The notes under the pieces are model-generated. The model saw only the letters and a list, made by a program, of their open reading frames with translations. It made no database searches and was not told the origin of the DNA. This document shows positions 23,801 to 34,590 of a DNA stretch of 64,000 nt, piece after piece. This DNA comes from Lingula anatina (lineage: Eukaryota > Animalia > Brachiopoda). Every line of letters begins with the position of its first letter. The stretch's first letter is position 1. The translations under genes and the position numbers were made by a program. Location: assembly GCA_051362555.1 (NCBI GenBank), contig CM120640.1:34801967-34865966 (forward strand), given 5' to 3'.

Positions 23801-26800
23801 AAGTGCACATTTTTAATTTTCATATTTTTTTCATGAAAATATTCACCTGCAAACTTAAAAAAAAAAAGTGCCAAAGTATCCTCCATTTTACATACTACAA
23901 TATCACAGTCATATACTCAAATAAAATAAGATTTATGAACATTTGTGGTGGGGGAGTCAAATTTTCATGGGGAGTCAGATTTTCATTATGAAAATCTGAC
24001 TGGGGGAGTCAATTTTCATGTTACACCAGTCCCTTGCTCCCTTAACCTCCACCTGGGTGCATGAGTATACACTGTGTATGGAAAATGCAGAAAAACTTTT
24101 TTTTTTCTCAAAATGGAAAGTTTCGCAAAGGTAGCACAGTCTATCAGGTATGTAATAATGATAGATTTAAACTGATATCTGCATATCAGGTGACCAAGGT
24201 GACCGATTACTCATAAATAATAATTTCTCCAGGTCTTGAATCTTTCACAGGCAGATTTCATTGACCATACTGATAGTCATAGCACACATGATATTGCTTG
24301 TGTAAAACATTTTATAGCAAAGCTATTTGAGGTAACATGGACTTATTTATCCCATGTGGAAGTAAAATTATCAAGCGACCGGGCCTCAGAGGCCCGGTTT
24401 CCAGGAAATGGGACTAACTTTTGGAAAAGTTAATTTCTACATATGTTGTAAATTATTTCAAAACTAATTATTTATCCATTGATGGGGTATAAGTTGCTTG
24501 AGGATTACATGAAAGGAACAGGCTCAAAACCTCATGCGAACGAAGAGAGAGCAAAAGATACATGGGTCCGGGCCTGCGAGGCCCCTGAAAGGTGATTGAG
24601 GGTTAATATATACACTATTCATATTTTTCTAAGTTATTTAGTGGAAATTTGTTGATTAACATTATAAATTTTTTCACATTGTAGGAGACCCAGAGAGTTC
24701 TGATGCTCTCCTGCTCCCACCACATCTAGCACAGCATTCACGACATGATTTGCTTTTGAATCCAGAGGTAAAGATTTTGTTGAAGTAAAAAATTACCTAA
24801 AAGCACTGACAGTAATTACAAAATGCTCTCAAAACTTCCCATTCTGTAATACATAAAATTTATGGACTATACTATACAGGATTATGCAAAAATGTGGTTA
24901 TATATGCTGGGGTAAGGTTAGGTTTAATATGAAACATTTGTCAAATGTTTGATTGAGGATTTTAACAAGAAACTGTTTTCAACATCATTCTTCTTAATTT
25001 TGTCATATCGTTTTGAAATGGTTTGTATATTTTACCCTTTACATCCATATCAAATACATATCATGTTTATTTAAAAACTAGGTTGTAATTGAAAGGTCCA
25101 ACTTGTCAGGGGACTTCTTCACGGCATATCTGCAGCAGAATTATGTGGATTTTTATACAGATATAGATGATGTTGTGAGGGCAAGTGAATATATTAGTGA
25201 CTGTGATTTCCTTACTTCAGACTGGGTGGTAAGTGTCATCAGTAGACTCTTAAATTCAGAATTCAAACTTGAAATTAAAGTTGAGGTTAAATTTAACAAT
25301 ATGACATACTATGCTGATGCAGAGGTATGTTTTACCATTAAGATTTTATGGAAAAATCCGGCCGATGTATTGATAATTTTGCATTTGTCTGTCTTATCAT
25401 AATTAATGGTGATGAATGTTCACACTGCCAGTTTTTTATGCTAAGTTATTTTGTATAGATGTGAATTAAAGTATGAAAAACGTTATCGATGGTCTCTAGT
25501 TAAGATGGTAAAAGAGAAGTAGAGTTAGAGGCTAAATAACCAGAGTTGTACACAATGCTACACATTCAGAAGTGAAATCACCATTCATGTCAACAAGGTC
25601 CATAGATGGTGGATCAAAATGTTGTGTACAATTCTTAGTCAAAAACACCACTGCTTTATTGCATTAAAGGTGTTTTCATTTCAAGACAGCTATAGGATTT
25701 ATTGTTACAATATGTGTGATGAAATTATGATTTATAAACTAGAATTATTTGTCTTATCCATCTGGTTTTTAATTCTTTTACAGTCTCAGACACCATAAGA
25801 ATTCTATGCATCATCAGTGGCCTATGTGTTATAACAATACATTCAGTGGAATGAAAAGAATATGTATAATCAATATGTTGATATATTATAACAATATGAG
25901 CAATGAAAAAAATTTCATATTGATTAAAGTGGGATCTAATTTATTCTAGTCTCGGACATCCCAAGGATTATATGCAGCATCAGTGGCAGCTAGGGGCATC
26001 ATGTTCAGTAACTCAGCTAGAGCTGGCAGTACTAGTACTGGAGGGTCTGGACTGGGCTGGAAGCCACTGCATAAGCCACAGTGGTTTGCTAGTGCCAAAA
26101 AGGTAGAAAATAATGACTGAGTTTGTATTATATTTTTTGTTTAACAATTGATTTACATAATGAATAACAGTTGCATTGCATAATTAACTTTGTGTATATT
26201 TGAAACAAAATGAATGATAAAAAGACGTTCATGTTTCAGATGAAGTAAAGAACTTCAGACGAACATATTTTAGGAGGTATATTGTCATAAATTTCTTATT
26301 TTTTTTCAGGCTAGAGAAAATTCTTTAGCAGCAAGAACACTTTTTAAAGGTACGTTCGAGAATGGACTTAAAGTAAAAACTAAAACTTAAAATGTAAAAT
26401 GGGAACTGGATTATACTTTTAAAGGAAAAGATGCTTGGTACAAGTTAAGTTTAATGGGAATCTTCCAAAAGACATAATTTTACAATTTAATGAGGTATGC
26501 AAGGTTCATAACAACAAAGTGATTTGTGTTTGATTTGTACTTTTCAGGTCACAGCTGGACTCCTGAAGACCTTCAGACCCAGTATCTCCCTTATTTGTCC
26601 TTGACCAGTGTTCCTCTCCATGATCCAGGTACATTATCAGCAGAGTCACATTAAACAGCATTTACGTAACTATATTACTTTCTATGTCAGCATTAATTGA
26701 GTTTGTTGTATATGTTTATTCATAGTTATTCTCTGCCTCTGTGTAAAATGCAAGCATTATTAGTGGATCTTGTACGAGTAATAAATGGTCAGTATATTGT

Positions 26801-27503
26801 ATAGCATCATGTCTCCACTACACTAAGAAGCTGTATAGAAATATTTATATCCCATTATCATTATTTTCTCTGGATATTTTAAATAAATTTTGTATTATAT
26901 ATATAATTATGATTTATTAAGTATGTAATGAATAAATAATATACAATGGAACTACAGATGTATTATTTGGATTCAGGTCAGTTCACCTTCCTCCAAGATC
27001 TTTGCAAGTATTCATCATTGAAGTTCTCTTCAAGGTTAGTTAAATATACATTTTTCTTTTCCTATGTAGTAAAATATAATGAACATATTAAGACTTGGTG
27101 TATAGGAAAGTATTTTTCTTTGTCAGTTGTTTTTAAACTGGCAGTTTTAATAAAAAAGGAAGTACATTCCAACAAATTTCAGATGAAATTCAAAAGGCTT
27201 GTCAATAAGAAGAAGTTGACCACATTTTTGCTTTTGATATTATTTATAATAAAATTCCTTTCTGCTCGTACATTTTTCAGGTCATATCCAGAACGTCTAG
27301 ATGAAAAGGATGTTGAAATGGATGTGGATAATGAAGAACCTTCACTGGCAGTGCAGGATGTCCCCCACCTAAATAAAAGAGTCCTTGGTGAAGAAGAAGA
27401 AGATGAAAATGACATTCCCAGTAGTCAATCAAATCTCCAAGTTGGAGGAGCTGCTGAAGAGCAGGAGGAAGAAGAAGTTGTGATTGAGGATTTTGATGAT
27501 TGA
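17871..27503 (+). CDS. RAD17: Cell cycle checkpoint protein RAD17 (9-1-1 clamp loader)
   Basis: Exons 17871-17873 (ATG only, inferred), 18214-18363, 18582-18833, 19370-19450, 19787-19934, 20324-20463, 20713-20765, 20944-21069, 21240-21309, 21600-21711, 22053-22268, 24685-24767, 25082-25228, 25950-26102, 26310-26349, 26548-26628, 26977-27034, 27281-27503. Motifs LWADKHAP, LAVHKKKIEEV, Walker A GPAGAGKT, KYQTL (KYxxL), PLVFIISD, GDIRGAVNALQF, GGKDTSLFLFRALGKILHCKR, WKPLHKPQWF, acidic tail IEDFDD. Confidence 0.95.
22437..24602. mobile_element. Non-autonomous piggyBac-like element in a RAD17 intron
   Basis: TTAA|CCCTCATCCAC...GTGATTGAGGG|TTAA. Subterminal inverted motif GGGCCTCAGAGGCCCGG / CCGGGCCTGCGAGGCCC. 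Confidence 0.7.
22496..24027. repeat. Foldback structure: long inverted arms built from ~180-bp tandem units
   Basis: Ends GGTGTACCATGAAAATCTGACTCCCC / GGGGAGTCAATTTTCATGTTACACC. About three ~180-bp units at 22630-23180 are mirrored in inverted orientation at ~23450-23900. Confidence 0.8.
25784..25833 (+). pseudogene. Decayed duplicate of the 5' end of the RAD17 exon at 25950
   Basis: CAG|TCTCAGACACCATAAGAATTCTATGCATCATCAGTGGC versus TAG|TCTCGGACATCCCAAGGATTATATGCAGCATCAGTGGC. In-frame TAA at codon 5. Confidence 0.7.
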
Positions 27504-28842
27504 AGCGCTTTGCCAGTCGAGCTTCGGATTTTGTTTCCTGTAAATATTACAGGTGTGACATACAAGGCCTGAAAGAGCTGGAATAATTCTCAATGCCTAT
27601 TTGTCAAGTATAATGATTTTTTTTCTAAACCAGAAGAATCTCGAAGAGTAATGCAGAGCAACTCACTGGTCTTCCAATTATCAAACATTTAGTATGGAGG
27701 AATTATAGTTGCATGAACACCTGAAAAATGAATAAAGTACATAAACTGCATTTAAATAGGAAAAGATTTAAGTTCAATTGTATTCAAGTAGAGGCAATTT
27801 CAACTTATATAAATCGGCACAATACTTTAGACGGTGTGTGCTGATGGGAAGTTGGACAGCCGCATTTTGTTTTTTGTTGTTCAGCTAACTTTTCAGCGAT
27901 AAAGCTAGCAAAGAAACATTAGGTTTTTGTTAGTAACTGTACATGAATCATGAAAATTATAACAAGTATCAAAATAAACGCTAAAACTATTTTCTTTATG
28001 TGTCTTTTACTATGTGTTATAGTTATCAGTTCTGTAAAGAGATTCATAAATATTAAAAGCAACAGTCTTTCCAAAAACCATTCACCATGTTTTCATTTTT
28101 TATTGGCAGACACCTTATGTCAGAACGAAAAGCCAACAACTGCGCCCGTTGTCGTGTACTTGCATGGATTATTTATTTATTTATTTATTGCATAAGTATA
28201 AGAATAGCGTGTTAATTGTTGTTTTCAAACTAACAGGGATTATAGGACTTAATACATCTAAAGTTCGACAACTGATTGGATTGTTTTTCTGAAGTTATGC
28301 AGTTTTATGAATGTTTCACAAATTGGTGTTTTTCACGTTCAGAATAATACTTGAGACAAAAGATGTGGATATATTGCAATTACATAAATCATATTAACTA
28401 AAATTGCCGATGTTTTGTTTTTTCAAGCACAATTTTTACTAGTTCTCTGCCATGTATAAAGACTCCTACAATAGGAGTTCTATGTTTGTCCAAAAAATAT
28501 ACAAGCAAGATAGTAGTGACAGCTATAGTAAATCCCCTTAGTCAGACTGAGCCATACCATTACCTGAACATGACAATACACAGGTGAGCGAATTTTACCT
28601 GTCTCCACCAATTATCTTTATTCGTACTAGGTCTTGGCGCATTCTGCAATGAGTTTATTTTTAGACACTCATGAACGTTTTATTGAATAATCTGTAGCAC
28701 TCAAGATCACATAAAATCTTGATTTTACCAATTAATCTGTAAGATCATACAATATATTCAAATTTTTGTGAGAACGATTTCCACAGCAACTCCTCAATGA
28801 AAATTCGCCATACCTGTTGTAATTTACATAACAATTACCCGC

Positions 28843-30850
28843 TCAGTTCAGTGCGAGCTGTCCTCTCGACTGCGCGGTCACTTGACAGTTGGACCCTGGA
28901 AGAAGCGGGCGCAGGATAGGCGTGGTGAAGTCACAGAGCCTAATATTCATTCAGCGTTGAAGCAAATGGATCTCGGTCTCGTGAGTAACATTAAATGTAC
29001 AAGGCACTATCTTATAAGAATGAAAAGTTATGTCTTATGTCCATAATTTGATAATGTGGAATGCACAGTTATTGTCAGAGTAAAGCTAATATTTTCCAAC
29101 GCTGTCGTTTGAGGTTGTTAGAGCTTGCAAATTGTGCTTGCAAATTTTTGTCAAAAGCTTGTTTAATTCGAAATTTACCAAACAGTTTGAGTGTGTTCTC
29201 TGTCGTGTATGGTTAAGAAGCTTCTTACACCAAGGTTGTATTTTATTTTTCAACGAGTTTAAAGTACAAGTTTACTGATTTTTGGACTTGACGTAAGAGT
29301 ACGTGTGAGATTTTTACATACGGTTCGGTATTACATTTTGCTTTGTTTGGGATATATTATTCATGTTTGCAATGGAATAAGACAAAGGGGACCCTTTTTT
29401 GTTTTTGCTGGTGACAAAAGAATCATCATATCTGTAGGATATTTTCCCGAATTTTATTGTAACTTAAACATATTTTTCACATAAAATAGGAGCAGTTTGT
29501 TGTACCATTCATCAAATAATATTTATCGTGTATGAGATTACTATAAACATTCGATGATTATTTGAATCGGTAATCGGTAGTATAATAATCTGACTCTTGG
29601 TGGAACTCCATTCGTTCGAGCAGTTACCAATAATATTGGTTGTAACGGTTTTATTTCACTAGAAATCGGTTTACAACATTCAGTAAGATTTGTGAAATAT
29701 CGAAGAATTTTGAATCTTGAACTATATGACCCTTTTCATTCGTTTTCCTCGTGTTCATGCAGCCCCAACATCAGCACACGTCTATTCATTTTCAGTTTAT
29801 GTAGTCTTAGATCAAATGTTATTGCTTTGAAATATTGAATTTTGCCATTAACGTTACTTTCGTATTTCAGAACTGCCAACACCATTGCCGAGATACAGGT
29901 ACTGCGAAGTGCTCCTGCGACAGATATAGGCTGCAATAGTCTTCTGATGTGTACTGCTATGGTAAGAGTAATCCACACACTTTTCAAATGTTGTGGTTTG
30001 AGTTTGGTATAGCTTGTATTTAAATGTTTGTCAAAAGCTTGTTTTAATTCAAAATTTGTCGAACAGTGAGTAGATTCTGTATCATGAAAGCCCAAGAGTT
30101 TCCTTGCACCAAAGTTTTTTCATTTTTCTGTAAGCTTAAATTACCGCTTTGCTTGTGTGGTCCATTGTCTTTTAGAGTAACTGTTCGTTGCTTATCTTTA
30201 AAAAGATCGCATGAATAATATGAAGAAAGAGAAAATATTAGATATCATTTCCTAGGACTCACAGATACGTAAATGTCTCACCTGAACAAATTTATATTCC
30301 AAGAACAATTCTTAATTTTTGTACTTGACGTATCACAATGAAACTTTCAGGTACCTATGTAGGATATCCTACTGTTTTCATAATTCTGTATTGCATTTTG
30401 CTTTGTTTAGAAAATATAAATTGTTTGCAACTGAATAAGATAAAAACTAAATGAGAGAACTTTAAAAAACGGATATTTTTTTTATTTTTATGGTAACCTA
30501 AACGTATTTCACATGTAATAGAAACAGGCTGTTCTGCCATTCAAGTAAAATTTGCTGTTAATGATCATGAGATGATTAGGCCTACAAACTTTCGTAAGTT
30601 CAGTCTGCCCCATTGTAATTTTAACATTGCAAAATCAACACAAGTACTTGTATTTTCATTTTCAGTTTATACAGTCCTAGATAAAATCCTATTGCTAAGA
30701 AATGTTGAATTGAATCGTTATTTTTATATTTCAGAACTGCCATCTCCATTGCCGAGATACTGCAAAATGCGCATGCGACTGATAGAGGCTGCCTTAGTCT
30801 TCTGCCCGTATTTCAGAATCGGACATAATCACACATGTACACACACCATA
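28843..30850 (+). other. Candidate unannotated spliced transcription unit (small peptide or lncRNA) with an old tandem duplication
   Basis: Inr-like TCAGTT 28843, ATG 28966, donor GTGAGT 28981, acceptor 29870, donor GTAAGA 29962, paralogous acceptor 30734. Intron segments 29120-29385 and 30010-30440 are homologous. Confidence 0.4.
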
Positions 30851-32002
30851 TGGTGAAAATCGTGCACGCTGTTATAATGATTTTTCAAAACATTTTATAC
30901 CTACATGTAATATTTTTACGCATTTAACTATTGATTGTGATCGTACGTATTCCCTTTTCAAATTGTATACAGAAATTTACCGTTTTTAATTTGTTTTCAA
31001 ATGTTACCTCAATGGTTGATCTTGATCATTTTCAAATCAATTCATGGGATTAGCTCAGATGTATCTGATTCTATTTGAAATTCATTCATTTTCTCTCCAA
31101 TATTCTTATTTTATGCAAAAATGGAATTCAAAGTGTTTACATATTGCACCTTTCAATTTTGGAAGTAAAAACGCAATTTTCACCATATCGTTAATTGAAA
31201 CTCCAGTAATACTGCTTACCAATTTCATCAACTACCATATCATTTATCGAAACAATTGCCTTTGAAGTAAATTTTGTATGTTACATTATCTGGAAACGTA
31301 ACCATCTGCCACTTTTTGATGATTAACATATTTGCCTGAATAAATTTAAATGTTTTTTAATTTTTTTTTTAATTTTTGGAAGAGTTATTTTGATATAAAA
31401 GGTTCAGAATTAAAAGTTTGTTGATAGTGATGTATTTTTAGAATCTATCATCTGTTTGATTTAAAGTGCATTCAATTGCTTATTAAAATTCAATCAAACG
31501 TTTGTCTTAAATTTTGTAAATTGTAAAAGTTAAAATTTTTGTGTTTAGACGTTGTCTCATAATTAAGATTGCGGTACGTTGCAGTGCACTATATTACATT
31601 TTCTAGCGATGTTCACGAATTTCGGATGGAGCATCTTATTTTCAATAAGTTTTCGGCGTAATTCTATTTTTTTTTTAATTTGTAGTTAGTGAATTTGCCA
31701 TTTGTTAAAATGTTCATGTGTAAATATAATATTTTTCATATTTATGCTGTGATGGCTGAACAAAATAAAACAGTACATAAATTGTGTTCAATTTTGATTG
31801 TAAAAACGATCAAGATTCAAGGACAGGTAACAGTCCTGTACAAATAACAATTCAAGTGAAATTAAATGTTCATTTAGCCTTTTTTTTTCATATTTTTTGT
31901 TCAATATGATTTTTTTGTCATCCTACAATAAATAAATATTCCACCAAATGTATTTGTTTTATAGTTTGAAACGAATGATTATTGTATTGGAATACAATAA
32001 AA

Positions 32003-32585
32003 AGGGTGACAGGTGGGCGAGTCCATTCAGTTTGAGGGGTGACAGGTGGGGCGAGTCCATTCAATTTGAGGGGTAACAGGTGGGGCTAGTCCATTCAATC
32101 TGAGGGGTGACAGGTGGGCCGAGTCTATTCAATCTGAGGGGTGACAGGTGGGGCGAGTCCATTCCGTTTGAGGGGTGACAGGTGGGGCGAGTCCATTCCA
32201 TTTGAGGGATGACAGGTGGGGCGAGTCCATTCAATTTTAGGGGTAACAGGTGGGGCGAGTCCATTCCATTTGAGGGATGACAGGTGGGGCGAGTCCATTC
32301 AATTTTAGGGGTAACAGGTGGGGCGAGTCCATTCAATTTGAGGGGTGACAGGTGGGATCAGTCCATTCTGTTTGAGGGGTGACAGGTGGGGTCAGTCCAT
32401 TCTGTTTGAGGGGTGACAGGTGGGGCGAGTCCATTCAATTTGAGGGGTGACAGGTGGGGCGAGTCCATTCAATTTGAGGGGTAACAGGTGGCGTCAGTCC
32501 ATTCAATTTGAGGGGTGACAGGTGGGGCAATTCATCATTTTTGAGGGGAGGGTTCCAATTTAATTTAAAGATGACAACTGGGGTG
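32003..32585 (+). repeat. 34-bp G-rich minisatellite, ~16 copies
   Basis: Unit GAGGGGTGACAGGTGGGGCGAGTCCATTCAATTT, starts at 32034, 32068 and onward. No unique spacers. Confidence 0.95.
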
Positions 32586-32849
32586 AAAGCTCTATTGGAG
32601 GTTAAAAGCAATTATTTTGACACTTTAAAACGCAGTAGTGATTCAACTTGTTTATTTTCAAACCTTTAAAAGCATACACTGATGATAGCAAACAATGAAA
32701 CAATACATATTTTGTGAACTTTTATCATTTACCAACTAAATGCAAAACTGTTACTTGTTATCTCCAAACTTACAGGAGTGAATAACATAACTAAAATGGA
32801 GCTTATAAAAACAGGATAATTGAAGTATTCTTTTAAGATTTCATAACTA

Positions 32850-33786
32850 TGTAATGTAGCTCATCAGGGCCACAGAATAGAATAAAACATTTGTCAATGG
32901 GGATTTCATTTATTGTCAGTATTTTACAGGAAACTGCCATAAAACTAAAACACAAACAACAAATGAAATGAATTGTCTTTACGTATTGTTCAGCATATGA
33001 CACAATTTCTAATGCTACAACAGAATTCAAGTTTAATGCTTTTTTATTAGCTTCATTAGTTACTAAAATCAACCATTAAAACTTCTATATCATGATAAAG
33101 TTTTGTTAACTTCCCCATGTTGGACGCCCTGGACAATTTAAGTGCTTCAGCGTTTTCACTAATAATATCTTCCTTCATCGTGGGGGTCTTTCTTTTCTCA
33201 GACATGGTAGACACATATTTCACTTTGGCAGAGTGTTCAGAATGGCAAAACTTTCACCAGGGCGGAGGTTTTTCCACTTCTGCAAATGTTGCACTATGAA
33301 GCTCAATGAGGCCACAGACTAGAATGAAGCATATGTCAACAGGCATTCCATTTATTGTCAACATTTTACAGGAAACTGCTGTGAAACTAAAACAAAGAAA
33401 ACACATATGAAACTAATTGTCTATATTTACTGTTCACCATACAACACAATTTTTAAAAGCTTAATGACATAGAGTTAAAAGTACTAGTACTAGTATCAAC
33501 AAAAGTTTTGTCTGGTCCTCATCAACTTATCACTTACTACCTGTCACTAAACATTCAAAGATTCTATTAAGGTGAGAAAATACAATGACATCCTCTAATA
33601 TAACTATAGAAATATAATAAATTATATGCAATTCTATACATTGAAATCTCACCGTTATGCTTCTATAAACTAAATCCACATCTGCCACTGCATTACTCTG
33701 GACAACTGCATTCCTCTGCAATACACAGCAGACTGGCACACACTCAAGGGAAAAACTGTTCATTTATGCAAATCAAGGTCACTACA
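32850..33786 (-). mobile_element. Decayed, internally deleted LTR retrotransposon (BEL/Pao-like)
   Basis: Diverged direct repeats ~32855-33070 and ~33300-33510, each with a TTTTAG acceptor and AATAAA on the minus strand. Between them is the gag-like peptide MSEKRKTPT...EALKLSRASNMGKLTKLYHDIEVLM. TGT...ACA ends, no clear TSD. Confidence 0.4.
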
Positions 33787-33879
33787 AGTCCTTGAGCAAA
33801 TGAAGTGTAGTGGATGTGCTTGGTCAGCACACCTATTGCAATACTGACTACATACTGACTATTTTGTCCATACAGATAA

Positions 33880-34220
33880 AATGCAACACCTAAAGACTAT
33901 GTCTCTTGTGTTGCATTATGTCAAGTTATCCAGTGCCAAAATTTTGGAGATTCAAATGAAAGTGACTGGAAAATTAGATGTATCAATTAATAAGGAATCC
34001 ATCTGGATAAGAAAGACTAAGAACACCGTGAACTGTGATGAGGACAGATATATCCTATCACACCTCTACAATAACCTTAATGTACCAAAGCAGCAACCCT
34101 AATAGGGAGGTTGTGGTTGTGTGGGTGAGTGTGTGAGCGAGTGTGTGTATGTGTGTGTGTGCAAGCTAAACCCCTGCCAATTGCACCATCAGGGTGTTAC
34201 ATTTGACTGATGAAGGAGTA
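33880..34220 (+). mobile_element. 3' end remnant of a Penelope-like retroelement
   Basis: Frameshifted SAKILE...ESDWKIRCI/KESIWIRKTKNTVNCDEDRYILSHLYNNL matches the post-GIY-YIG C-terminus (KEAIWIR...NRDEG.Y.LS..Y). Followed by (GT)n and CTGATGA. Confidence 0.65.
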
Positions 34221-34590
34221 AAAGTTGGTAAAAAATATAAATATGATCTCATACCAGTATTTTTTAATGTCACCACTTCTATACGTTTTGACATTGCACA
34301 ATTCTCTTGATGGATTCTGTGACTAAGTGAACTTATGTCTTTAAATCAGGATAATTCTCTCAAAATACAAATATGTACATTGAAGCTGAAATATATAATG
34401 TATCTGACATGAGTTCTAGCTGAGGTACATGTTGTATATCTATTGACTTTGATGAATCACAATGCTTGTGCCATTGCACCACGCAAAATGCTATGACAGT
34501 GGGGATGATTTACACAGACATAAATTTTGAAGTAGAATAAGAAGCATTAAGGCAACAATACATTTATCATACAACTTAATTAACTGGCTG

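Noticed and set aside
26946-27280. Single 185-aa ORF 26946-27503 as one exon
   Set aside because: Its middle is an intron (27035-27280, GT-AG) that happens to be stop-free. Only 26977-27034 and 27281-27503 resemble RAD17 coding sequence, although intron retention cannot be excluded.
32003-32585. Regular ~34-bp repeats resembling a CRISPR array, and the 91-aa ORF 32061-32336
   Set aside because: Units are contiguous with no unique spacers, there are no cas genes and the context is eukaryotic. The ORF is a by-product of the repeat.
33060-33390. Minus-strand frame interrupted by a single TGA (...PPPW*KFCH...), a possible selenocysteine read-through
   Set aside because: No SECIS or redox motif is visible. 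Better explained as the LTR-leader-gag junction of a decayed element.
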